Virus record (IMG/VR): IMGVR_UViG_3300028805_000075
Span: 1-64,000 of that record
Source of the DNA: a virus
Taxonomy: Duplodnaviria > Caudoviricetes
Length of the DNA stretch: 64,000 nucleotides
Reading direction: 5' to 3' (one strand)
The notes beneath the pieces were generated by a model. That model was given only the letters and a program-made list of their open reading frames with translations, made no database searches and was not told the origin of the DNA. Below, in pieces: positions 52,699 to 64,000 of this stretch (position 1 is the stretch's first letter; every line of letters begins with the position of its first letter). The position numbers and the translations under genes were made by a program.

Positions 52699-53490
52699 TT
52701 AGGAATATTTAATTAAATTTGTTCCACTTACTATATAAGGAGTGCATGGAACAAGAGTTGTGCCATCTGTATCTACTACATATATTTTATACTAATCTAA
52801 ATTGCTTCCATTGACTATTCGGATAGAATTATTCAATACATATGTAATTGTCGCTCCGGTAATACGTGCATAATTAGTACCAGTTAAGGTTTGACTTGTT
52901 GGTGTAATCATAAGCCAATAACGACCAACATCTAAACAATGTTTAAATTGATCTGTAACAGTTACTGTATAAGTTGCTCCAGCAGTTCCAGTACCTGTAA
53001 AACTAGTTTTTGTTGAATAGTATGACGAAGTGTTAGCTGGATTTAAATACGAAGTTGGATTTGATGAAGACGTATTCGGCCCGCAGACATACCCATTAAA
53101 CCCTGTTCCTACAGTATCAGCTGAATTTGTAGTAAAAGTTAAAGTAGCACTAGAAATTTCAGAAGATTTTAACCCAGTTGGAATTGTGAAAGTACATTTA
53201 GTTTGAGAATTATATTGATTCTAAGTAGCTTCCCAATCTGCCGTAAAAGGACTGGAAGATGTAACACCAGTTATTGTGACTTCTCTTGCTTGTTGCTGTA
53301 CGCCAAAACGTGTGCCTAATCCAGTATCTGAAGTATTAGCCCAACTGCCCCAAGTTAAAGTGGCACTATTACCATCTGTTTTAGCATTAGCAGCTGCAGT
53401 TGACGCATTAGTACCAGTTGCTGTGCCTGTTGCCGTACCAGTTCTTTTTCGTGAATAAGTGGTAAAAGTTGAAATTGTAATACTAGGCAT
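52699..53490 (-). CDS. tail-associated protein, 263 aa, TAG readthrough
   Basis: Paralogous to the N-terminus of 55542-58835. Confidence 0.65.
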
Positions 53491-53498
53491 ATTTTACC

Positions 53499-54737
53499 TC
53501 AAGCTTTTACAAGAACTATATCATTTGTTACAGCGCCACTTGGAACGGTAGCAGATGTGGTAACATATACATGACGTAATGTACTATCTCCGCAATACAA
53601 GACCTCTTTATAATCAGTACCTGTTGTACTTTGTACTTGTAATCTTCCATTATTACTTGAATCAATATAGAATCTTATTCCACGAACTAATTCAGCAGAT
53701 GTATTTTTATATAAATCGAAATACAATGTATTTGCTATAGCAGCAGTTCCTGTAGCAATAGTGGTATGAATATCAGAAAGCAAATTATTATTTGAGTCTA
53801 CAACTTTTAAGCCGCCAGCGTACATAGCATTCTAATAACTCGTACCCCTACTAACACTTGTCGCTCTTTGTGTAATAGCTGGGTGTCCAGCATATTGTAG
53901 AACTATTGCGTTATTAACATGTAATTGACTTCTAAATAATGCAGTAGCATCAATAATTGAAGAATCATTAGGTGTCAATTTAACAGTAAAAAGATCCCAA
54001 GATGAGGTTGTACCTGGTTTTGTCATAAATAGATCAAACAAATTATCATTAGCTGTTGTGATCTATTGACGAATAGCACCTGCCTAGCTACCATTTTTAT
54101 CAAGAAAAGTAATACGATTACCAACAGCAGAACTAGGAGCAGTAGAAGAATTAATATCCATTGAACTATGCTTCAAATAAAGAAATGGTTCACTTTTATT
54201 AATAGTTAAGTTACCTGTAAGGGTGCCTCCACTTAGAGGAAGGTAAGTATCAGTAATTACATTACCATCTCCATCTTGAGTTGCACTTGTAGCTGTATCA
54301 GCACTTGTAGCAGTAGTCGCGTTACCATTAAAATTATTAACACCCGTAGCTAAACTAGAAATTATCGATTTATTATTTGTATAATCATATAGATACCAAC
54401 TATTATTACCATTGGCAAATCCTGCCCAAATAGTTCTAGTATCAGTACTATCATTCAACTTACTTATCCAATATACACGCTTACCATTAACGATATCAAC
54501 CGTTCCCATAGTTAAATCATCCGTAAGGGTTAACTTACCCGTAAGAGTGCCACCAGTTAATGGTAAATAACTATCTAAATCATCACTATTGGCAATTGGA
54601 AAAATACTATTACCGCCATTTCTAAAATATAGTCTATTATTTCCAGTATTTAAACCAAGTTCATAAGTATTTAAACTACTTGTAGTAGGTACAGTAGATC
54701 CATGACGTAATGAAAATCTTATTGCCATTTTATCCAC
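53499..54737 (-). CDS. tail fibre protein, 412 aa, TAG readthrough
   Basis: YLPLTGGTLTG / YLPLSGGTLTGNL repeats, GNATTAT. Confidence 0.75.
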
Positions 54738-54755
54738 CTCCCATTAATAAGATTA

Positions 54756-54989
54756 TTAATCTCTTCCACTTTCACTCTCAACTTCATCTTGCTTATGATA
54801 AAACTTAGAATCAATTAAAGAACCATATTCATCGACAAAATAAGCACCATGAACTGGAAGTGTGCGGCGCGCGGCATAAGATAAAATATTGTAATAAGAG
54901 CTTTCAGCTAAGGATTTATCTTCAAAAGCGTTTACTAAAGAAGGATAAGTTCCATCTTCTAATTTCTAAATTTCAATAACGAAATACAT
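54756..54989 (-). CDS. small hypothetical protein
   Basis: 77 aa MYFVIEI(Q)KL...; GGAGG RBS. Confidence 0.6.
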
Positions 54990-55019
54990 AAATATTTCCT
55001 CCAATTTTATAAAATAAAA

Positions 55020-55047
55020 CGTGAGGCGCCATGCGTGACGCCTCACG
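55020..55047 (-). terminator. intrinsic terminator
   Basis: CGTGAGGCG/CGCCTCACG hairpin followed by T-tract on the minus strand. Confidence 0.65.
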
Positions 55048-55087
55048 AAGAGCGCACTTTTAAACCTAATTAAAAGTAAAAAATCTT

Positions 55088-55471
55088 TTATTCTTCTTCA
55101 ATAAATGGCATCAATTGCTCGAATTCTGCATAAGAAAGTTCAAGAGCCTCTAATTCGTCTAAAGTAAATTTTCCATTAAAATCTAACTCAACTTCTAAAT
55201 TATTAAGCTCTTGCATTTCTTTCATACACTCAGCATAACGAGATTCATCAATCACAACACCGCTCTTATCTTCAAGAAGTACAAAGTCTCCATTTTCATC
55301 TCTCTTGCCATAAGTTTGGACAAGACGATTAATATTTTCATCAAAAAAAGTAGTTTCTTTTGTAACTTGCGCAAAGAGCTTTGAAAATTTATAAGCTGTT
55401 TTAACAGACATCTTCTTATCTTTTACTTTAGTTTGAATTTTAGACAATTCGATAACTTGTGATAATTTCAT
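55088..55471 (-). CDS. hypothetical protein (tail-assembly-associated type)
   Basis: 127-aa ORF with its own sigmaA-like promoter at 55507-55535. Confidence 0.7.
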   Translation of the reverse strand: MKLSQVIELSKIQTKVKDKKMSVKTAYKFSKLFAQVTKETTFFDENINRLVQTYGKRDENGDFVLLEDKSGVVIDESRYAECMKEMQELNNLEVELDFNGKFTLDELEALELSYAEFEQLMPFIEEE

Positions 55472-55541
55472 AAATATATAAAATCTCCTTTATATTTTCT
55501 ATTTATATTATAACAAAAATTATATTAATTGTCAAATTTTA

Positions 55542-58500
55542 TTACCATGAGCCGCCATCTAAATATAAACCATCTGAATTTATTGTGAAAGTAGTTTCAC
55601 TTCCATCTTCACCTATATAAATAACTTTTCTATTTTTATATGGACGAATAACCAATAATTGATTGCCAACTACTTCATTATCAATTTTTTTCGGCGCGCT
55701 GGCGTTCATTACGAAGAAGTTTTTACCATATAATAAATTTGGAACCGTCGCGTAGTAAACACACTTATTAATAATATCAAATTCATACTAAGTTTTTGTA
55801 GTTTTTGGAGTATAAGTATCAATTTTTTCTAAATTGGGTTCAAGAGTAATTCTTGCACCAATGTAAGCTACATCAACGTTGGTTACGTTACTATTAATAA
55901 AACCATTAGTGCTTTGAACAGTTGTTCCTGTAATAGTGAATTCATCATCAATTACAGTACCTATTGCCTTTGGATCTGAACTATAAGCAAATTTAATTAT
56001 TTTTTTACTATAATTATTAATATATGGTACGCTACCAACGCTTCCTAAATCTGAAAAAGTAACTTTTATATCAGTATTACCATTTTTCTCTACTAAATTA
56101 AAAGTTAAATTATTTATAATAGCATTTGAATCAATTCGAGCAAAATAATTATTTTGAATACTTTTATCTATATGCGTAGTATTTTCAGCAGTAGTAACTA
56201 TTGAAAAAGTGACTGTTTCATTTGATCTACTATTAGTACCAGTAACATAACGAGTAATTGCTGGAACCGTATAAGTTAATATAAGATCATTATTGTACTA
56301 ATATTTATGTTTACTTCCAGATACAAGACCCCAATTACTACTATTGTTTGCTATTGTTCCAGTAACAATTTTATTATATCGATTATCTTTTAATGTAATT
56401 GTTACTTTTTGCCGGCCATAGACTCGTAAAGTTCCGCTTGGCAAAACAAATCTTAAAGTTTCTCCTTCAAAGAAAGTATAATTATTTGGAACATTTACAT
56501 AAGAATTATTAGTTGTTAAAATCTTAAGTCCCCAACTAGTTGAACCATTAAACTCTATATTTTCAACAAAGTTTAAATTTATTGTTTTAGAACTAGAGAA
56601 AGTTACACCTGTAAATAAAGTTTTTATTTCAACAACCAAAGAAGCAGTTTTTTGAACACATGGTTCAATTGATAAATTAAAAAGATTTTTCCACTAAGTA
56701 GTGGTAATGTTACTTAAATTTGGCTAAATAGTTACTGTGCCAGAGCTATTACTATAACTACAACTTAAAGATAAAGTATTATTTCCATTTTTAAAATAAA
56801 CATTGTATGCTTCACCAATGGTGCTAGTTACATCATTAGTACTACTAAAATCAGTCGGCTATCCAGTAATTTCGATCAAAAAATTAGTAGCCGTATAAGG
56901 TTTTATAGTAGATGAAGAAGCAGAAGAAAATACTGGAGTATAATTTTTAACTCTTGTATAAATTTTTGAAGTAGCTGTACCACTTCCTATTGTTGCGTAT
57001 ACTTCTTTATTTCCATACTAATATAAAACTCTTAATGTATAACTTTTCCCATAATCTGCTTTACTAGATAAGTTAGCTTCATAATTTTGTCCAGTTATAA
57101 TAACATCATTTGCTAATCCCTTTAATATTCGAGTAAATCCAGAAGTTGCGCTCTCTTCAACAATATATAAATAATTACCAAAATGAGAAGTATTACCAAT
57201 ATTATTATAAGTATTACCACTTTTATTATTGTAAATATTTACAGTTGGAACTGTTGGTAGACTTATTGCTGCGGTCTATGAAGTTACCTATTCTCCTAAA
57301 TCGTCAGTAACTTCTAATTTTAAATATATTGACTATCCAAGATTAAAAATATTTAAAGCGCTAACATTATAACTTGTCTAAGTAATTGTCGAAGTCGCTG
57401 AAAGATTATTCCCATTTTTAAAATTAGTATTATTACTACCACAATAAAAATACCATTTATAGGAAAAAGTCCCACTACCTTTAGTTATCTTTGCATTACA
57501 ATTAATAATGGCATAATTATTACCGCTTGCTGTCATTGTATGCGAACTTATAGATGGTTTTACATTTACAGATAGAACTTTGCTATTGATGGAGTTATTA
57601 TATGCTGAATCTGAGCCACCATCAGCAACCTTTATCCATATTTTTCTATTAGTACTATTTGCAGTTAAACTAAAACTCTTACTTTTTTCAGTCCAATTAG
57701 TAGGAGTGCTGGCATCAGTAGTAGTTAATGCGTAATAATATTTAATATTCTAATTACTATTATAAGAAGTATCAACAGTTACATTAATAGTCGTATTTCC
57801 ACTAGTTTTTACTCTTGACGAAGAAGTAGTAAAAGATGGAATCGCTGGCGTGTTATATGTCTTAGCAATTGCCTAAGTTGAACTTATATCTGAATAGTAA
57901 CTTGATCCTGCACTACCTTTAGTAACAACTTTAAAATAATAAGTAGTACCACGAGTAGATGGCATCTAAAAACTATAAGAAGCAGAACTATTTGTACTAG
58001 AAATTTCGCTTTTTCCAGTATAACTTGACGTAGTTGGCGCGCTGCCACTTTTATAATATAAAGTATAGCCAGTTATAGAATTGTTAGTTCCACCACTCGC
58101 GCCACTCCATGAGATAGTAACATTATTTGATGGCAGTACAGAGGAAGTATTTACGTTTATAGAACTTGGCGCAGTAGCTTTCGTATAACTAAGAGTATAA
58201 GTTAAAGTTACTTCAGTAATTCTAGCATAATTTTTACCAGTTAAATTGGTTTCGCTTGGTGTTACAACTAACCAATATTTACCTGTAGATAAACACTACT
58301 TAAAGCGATTTGTAATTGTAAAAGTATAAGTTTGACCGCTAGCTCCAGTACCTGTAAATTCAGTTTTTGTACTTTGGAATAAAGAGCTATCAACGTTGGT
58401 AAAGTTAGTTGGCTCATTTGAAGAACTACTAGCTGGAGAACATACTAAAAAACTTATGTTAGTTGATAAAGCATCAGCTGAATTTGTTTTTATAGTTAAT

Positions 58501-58835
58501 GTAGCACTTCCTAAATTAGAAGCATTAATTTCTGCTGGCTTTTCAAATGTTAGTAAGACCTATGACTAATATGCAGTATAAGTACTACTCCAATCTGCAT
58601 TCCAACTACCTTCTTGAAATGGTATCGAGCTATATGTCCTTTCTGTTCTATCAACACCAATTCTTTTATCATCATAAACGTTAGAATTACTCCAACTGCC
58701 GCCAGCAAGATTAGCATTACGCGCTGTTGTTAAACCAGCCTGAGATGCTAACTATGAGCTTGGATAATCATATACAGTTCCACTTGCACTAAAAATTTTT
58801 CTTTTTGTAAAAGTATTCTTAATTGTAAGATTCAT
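55542..58835 (-). CDS. large tail/receptor-binding protein with Fn3/Ig-like repeats, ~1097 aa, many TAGs
   Basis: Single frame from ATG 58835 to TAA 55542; SWSGASGGTNNSITGY Fn3-like segment; ends LDGGSW. Confidence 0.7.
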
Positions 58836-58846
58836 ATTTCCTCCAT

Positions 58847-61800
58847 TTAGCTAACATAAAGACAATAATAATTATTATTAACTTTATAATTTAGCTACTT
58901 AGCGTTTGTGCCAGAATGATTTTCGCGAATAAAGACTTCTCCTTCATTAATAACCTTTCCGCCAAACAAATCTACTCCATCTGAATTTATTAAAATACCT
59001 TTTGTGTTTTCATATTCTCCACCTGTGGTCTACGTTTCATTACCATAAGATAGCTATAATTCACCGCCAACATTATTTTCATTTTGACCGACCAAATATA
59101 TACGAGAAAAATAGTCAGTAGTATTATTAGATTTAGAAATTATTTCTGAGCCAGACCAAGATACTGAACCAGTTTTATATTGTGTTGCGGTTATGTTAAT
59201 ATTACTATTAGAAAACTAAATAAATGGATTATTATTAAAATTATAATAATAAAACCCGTCAGTTTTTATTCCAAGTACTTTAACATCATCAGTTTCATCT
59301 GGTCCTTCATCTATATTATTCTATAGTTGATAAAATACTATACCGCCTTTATTTTCATCACCAGTATCATAGATCTTTAAACTTGGATCATTACCAGTGC
59401 CATAAATAGTTGGCGTTTTAATAATACTTTGAGTAATTAAAGAATTAGCTAGTACCGCACCTCTGAATTCACCGCTGCGCGCGAATATTCTTCCTTTATC
59501 TGTTACAATAAATGGAGCTTTTTGAACGTTAATTTCTTTCGTTCCTTGCGCGCCGCCCCAGAAAATGATTTTATCATCTTCAATATCTTCTTCAACTTCA
59601 GCATTTGCCCAATTATTATAATTAAAAGATATGTTCTAATGAGTATTAATACCAGCATAGGTTCCTTCATTATTTGCTGTAACTAAGCTACCATGTAAGA
59701 ATACGTTATCAGCATAAAGGCCATACCCACTAAGATAATTATATTCAGGGCCTAATGTCTCGGCTAAAATACTTAAATCACCTAATAATAAGTTAGTTTT
59801 ATATGTAAGATAACCAGTATTCGTAGTATCAGAAGACTACAAATCTGAAAAATGTTCCATTATTAAGGCTTTTCTTGGTAAGATATTTCCAGCAAAATTG
59901 TTATCAGAATTAATACCTATTAATAAGTCGCTTTCAGAGTATCCAAAAGAAGTTAAAGTATAATAATTATTATTTAAAACTTCATTATAATCTAAATTGC
60001 TAGTTAATTGTACATCTAAATAAAATTCTTGTTTTTTTGAATCGCTATAATTAATTACTTTACCATAACGAATATTTTTTTCATTAGAGAAAGCAACTAT
60101 TCTTCTTGAACTACCAGATTCTTCTAAAATTACAGATACTACATTTTCTGGACTAATTTTATTTTCGGGTAGATCTCTGTCATCCCAAGCTCCTTTGTTA
60201 ATTATTATTTTCATTTTTGAACAATTAGCCGGAACTGTAACTGAAGTATTATTATTAACAGTCTAATAAGTAAGAAATTCATTATCTGAATTATAAAAAT
60301 AGGTTCCAAAAGTACTCTAATTTGATATATCTGCCGCGACCCAGGTACCAATTAATTTATAAGTCTAACTTGGAATTACATCTAAAAATGTTTTAGTACG
60401 AATTCTACTTTCTGCATCTATTAGTCTTGCCTAGCCTAAATTGTATCCATACCAAGTCGTGGCTTGGTCTCTTTCTTGGACTACTTGTTCTAACTAATTA
60501 CAATCATTGAGAACTATTGAATTATTTGTTTTTACGCTAAGTCTAAAAACAACAATTGGATACTCTTCTAAACAAACGAAGGGTATCTAAATTCTAGACC
60601 AATCATCAGATTTAGTAATCGTTATTTCAGAATTACCATAAAGATGCTCATAGCCAGAACCATCCTTACCCCTAGTTTTTCTTCCCCAAATAGCTAATTT
60701 AACGGTAACTTGCTCTGTCGCTGAATTATTAGAAACTCTTACATAACTAGAAGCAACATATTTAGCATTAGCATCTAATTTAATTTGACCTATATTACCA
60801 TTATCTCCTCCTAAAAAGACATAAGCGTCATTATCAGAAGAATTTACTGAAGTATTAGCCAAACGTAAGCTATTTTTTCCGGCGCGCGAGCTACCTGTGA
60901 TTATCTCAGCAGTAGCATAACCACTTTTATTTGTCCAAACATCCGTTATATTTTCAAAACTATCATAATACTCATATAAATTGCGCCCAGCAGAACCCAT
61001 AACACCCTACTCAAAGGAAGAAGAATTAAGAGAATACACTTGATTATTAAAGTAAGTCTCATTTGGCTTTGCGCCATTAGCTTCTTTCAAATATACTCTT
61101 AACTAATCTGCGTCTAATTCTTGCGCGGCCTCAATTCGCTCAATCTCAAAAGTTGGCTTAAAAATAAAACTGCCGCCCATTGAACGAACATTTTCAGTAG
61201 TAAAATTAGCAGCATTAATAGTAGAAGCATTAATAATACTAGCATTAACTTCACCCTAAAATGTACCATCATGTGCATGAATGACACCATCAAAAACACC
61301 ATCGCGCGCGTAGATTACGCCATTAAATACGCCGTCTTCTGCTTCTAAAATATCAAAATGAGCAACAACATTATCATTAATCTTTTTAATGTACCAATTA
61401 CTACCTTCTATATATCCTTCATTGGTAAGAGCAAACATTCTCTAACCTTCATTATCATAAAGACGTAAAATATCAATCGCGCCTTCATGTACTGGATTAT
61501 ATCGATCTTCACCAGTATATTCAGGATTAAATAATAATAAGTTTCCAATTTCTAAATATTCAGTAATTTTTGCGCCATGCCCAATTTCAATATTTTGAAC
61601 TTTTATAAAGGATTCTCTATTTGTTCCACTAGACTATAAAATTAATCCTTCTGTTTCTAAAGTAGTCTCTGTAATTGTAAAACCACCAATTGTGCCACTT
61701 TTAGCTTCAAGTCCATTTATAATAATATTATTTGTTATTAATTGTTGAGTTTCTACATCGAACCAAAAAATAGCATTTCCATTAGCGTCTCTTATTGTAA

Positions 61801-62491
61801 AATTACCATTAGTAATTTCTAAACCATCTTGACTAAATTTTAAACTGGTACTATTAATTATTGAAAAAATCGACTCTTGGTACATTAATAAACGCAAAGC
61901 GTTCTATTCTGTTGCATTTGATAAATTAAGAAATCGACTTAACATTCCATACTAAGTACTATATACTTGTACTTCTAATGTTACCGGCGCGTCGGTTTTA
62001 AATACATCATTCTTCCAAAAATCTTTTATATCTTGACTTATGTCTTCTAATATAGAATCATTCTCTAATAAAGCCGTACATAAATCTCCGATGTTAAATA
62101 ACCAGACATCAGTATATACTTGATTAGACCCTTCTCCTACTGTTTCGCGATGTAAAAAAGTATTACCTATATTCCCAAAGTCAGTAAGGAAATTATGCGT
62201 TCCTTTTTCTGCTGTATTTACTATTATTCCAACTGTAAAATTGTCCGCCGCGGCAATTTTATAACTTTTATCTTTTTCATCAAAAGATTCTACGGATATT
62301 CTTAAGGTATTAGGAGAGCAACGAAAAACGTATGGCTCTCCTTCAGCCTTAATACCATCATTTGCTTGTGGAAATTTATATATATTATCAACATTAGTAT
62401 TAATTCGGTTAAGATTACTACTATCTCTACCATCGCGGACTTTTACAAGATTAATTCTATTACTTGTTAATGATATAACATTCTATTCCAT
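58847..62491 (-). CDS. large tail protein with carbohydrate-binding-like domains, ~1214 aa, many TAGs
   Basis: Four track fragments in frame; SGTIGGFTI and GVFNGVIYARDG repeats. Confidence 0.7.
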
Positions 62492-62495
62492 TTTG

Positions 62496-64000
62496 TCACC
62501 CCGCGTTCATCTAAACTTCAAAATACATCTATACGCCACTCCAAGGATTCTAATTCCAATCATTATATTTTAATATAAAAGTAGTTATGGGTGGAGTAGT
62601 ATGTCCTTCTACCAATTCTATAGGAGAAGTTGGCGTAAGATTATCAAAATCTATTTCAGTAAAATCTCCACTATCAAATTTAATATACCATTTTATACCA
62701 ACAATATCATTGGTAACTTCTAAATTATTTTTATATACATGACCAGTAATTGTGGTCTAAGTAGATAAATCAGAAGAATTAATAGTATAACCCTAAGAAC
62801 TTTCAATATTAAAACTATAAGCATCTGCTGCTCTTCCATCTAAAGACAATTTGATGCTCATCATGCTATTCATACTGTTAGTAAGAAATTTATTTAATGT
62901 GCATCTTATATATATTAATCCATCACTAAATAAAGAAGAAACATCAGTATAATTTAACTAATAATCTGGATACTAATTACCAACTTTTTGAATTGTTGTA
63001 GAAACGCTATTTGTAAAATTGGCATTATCAGCATATTCCCAAATAACAGATTGAATATCTGAATCATCTAAACCTGTAGTAAAATTAAATAACAAACTTT
63101 CCGGATTTGGATCACCAAATTCATCAATTCTAAAAGTATCTCCTTTTTTAGCTACCAATCTTACTCCAATGGTTTCTGGCAACTTAGCAATACTCATGCC
63201 TCCAATTGTACCAGATGGGAAATTTACACCATCAAGCTGCATTTCACCATGTCCCATAATAAATCCATCTTCAAACACTATAAATCTATCGATATTAGTA
63301 CCTCTGCCGGAAGGAACGCTAGTAGTATCATCATATTCTCCATGAACTGAGATGACTTTATATCCATGATTACTGCCAACTAAAGCAATTTCATCTGCGG
63401 TAGCTTGCTTACCAACACCAATATAAATCTAATTTCCAGTTTGTGTACCAATATCCATCTAAGACTTCAACCATAAAGTACCAGTAGACTTCGTTTCAAC
63501 AGTAGCAATACCATTCTCATCATAAAGCGCGAGTCCATAGATTTCTTCGCCATCATTACCAGTTGCTAATAAACCAAATTTACCACGTTTTATTGCAGTA
63601 CTTAAATTAGAACCAGTATTATCTAATTCGTAGATGCCTTTGTCTTCATCAACTGCAATTTCCGCAATATAATTATATGGCTCATTCGTACATTGGACAT
63701 ATATATTATTAGCATCTTTATAATAATAATTGCCAGGTGCTATGGAATAAAGATTTATAAAGTCTTGACCATTGACTTCAACATAGTCATAAGTTTCACC
63801 ATATTCATCAACTACTGTTTGGACTTCTGCATTTACTCGTTTAAATTTATTATCACCATAGGAATATAATGTAATATCATCATTAGGACTAATACTTACA
63901 TAACCATTTCTATAACTATTTCTAATAAACAAACCATTCCAAGTCAACGCAAACATCGCGCGCTGCTCTACTTCGTTTACTGTGGTGAAATTCGGCTCAG
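62496..64000 (-). CDS. large tail protein (3' part; starts beyond the window)
   Basis: Fragments 63459-63956 and 62973-63278 in frame through TAGs to TGA at 62496. Confidence 0.7.

Noticed and set aside
13181-64000. Fragmented ORFs read as pseudogenes or frameshifts
   Set aside because: The fragments stay in one frame and are separated only by TAG, which recoding explains.
1-64000. CRISPR array, integrase/transposase, DGR
   Set aside because: No regularly spaced direct repeats, recombinase, transposase or reverse transcriptase seen in the window.

Overview
This window is a segment of a large, AT-rich tailed-phage genome. The host is probably an anaerobic Bacillota, judged from sigmaA-type TTGAnn-N17-TGnTATAAT promoters and nrdD/G. 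The genome uses genetic code 15 (TAG = Gln): many fragments in the supplied ORF track join into full-length genes, repeat copies show CAA aligned with TAG, and a Gln-type CUA suppressor tRNA is encoded at 7136-7212. Layout: (i) 0.8-9.8 kb, minus strand: tRNA/ncRNA array with phosphoesterases, a CofE-like ligase and a DUF2828 (helical + vWA, Ro60/TROVE-like) protein; (ii) 10-11.6 kb: lysis cassette; (iii) 13-22 kb and 52.7-64 kb, minus strand: TAG-rich tail/fibre genes; (iv) 22-50.5 kb, plus strand: replication and nucleotide metabolism (ligase, UvrD, type II topoisomerase, SSB, Sak4-like ATPase, DnaB, primase, RecJ, DnaE, NrdH/D/G, GlyA, ThyX-like, dUTPase, RuvC-like). The most interesting signals are in the RNA array. 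First, a family of RNAs shares an AAGA-stem + (U/G)A(C/GC)AGCAA motif: one carries a circularly permuted (YrlA-like) tRNA elbow, one carries a Tyr anticodon-arm plus T-arm mimic, and one sits in the 5' leader of the DUF2828 gene. This suggests an undescribed Ro/Y-RNA-like RNP with autoregulation. Second, a tRNA-Thr(UGU) has a complete CCA-ended tRNA-like element inserted at anticodon position 34/35. Third, there is a ~700-nt structured ncRNA and several small pseudoknotted inter-tRNA RNAs. All calls were made by eye, without database searches.
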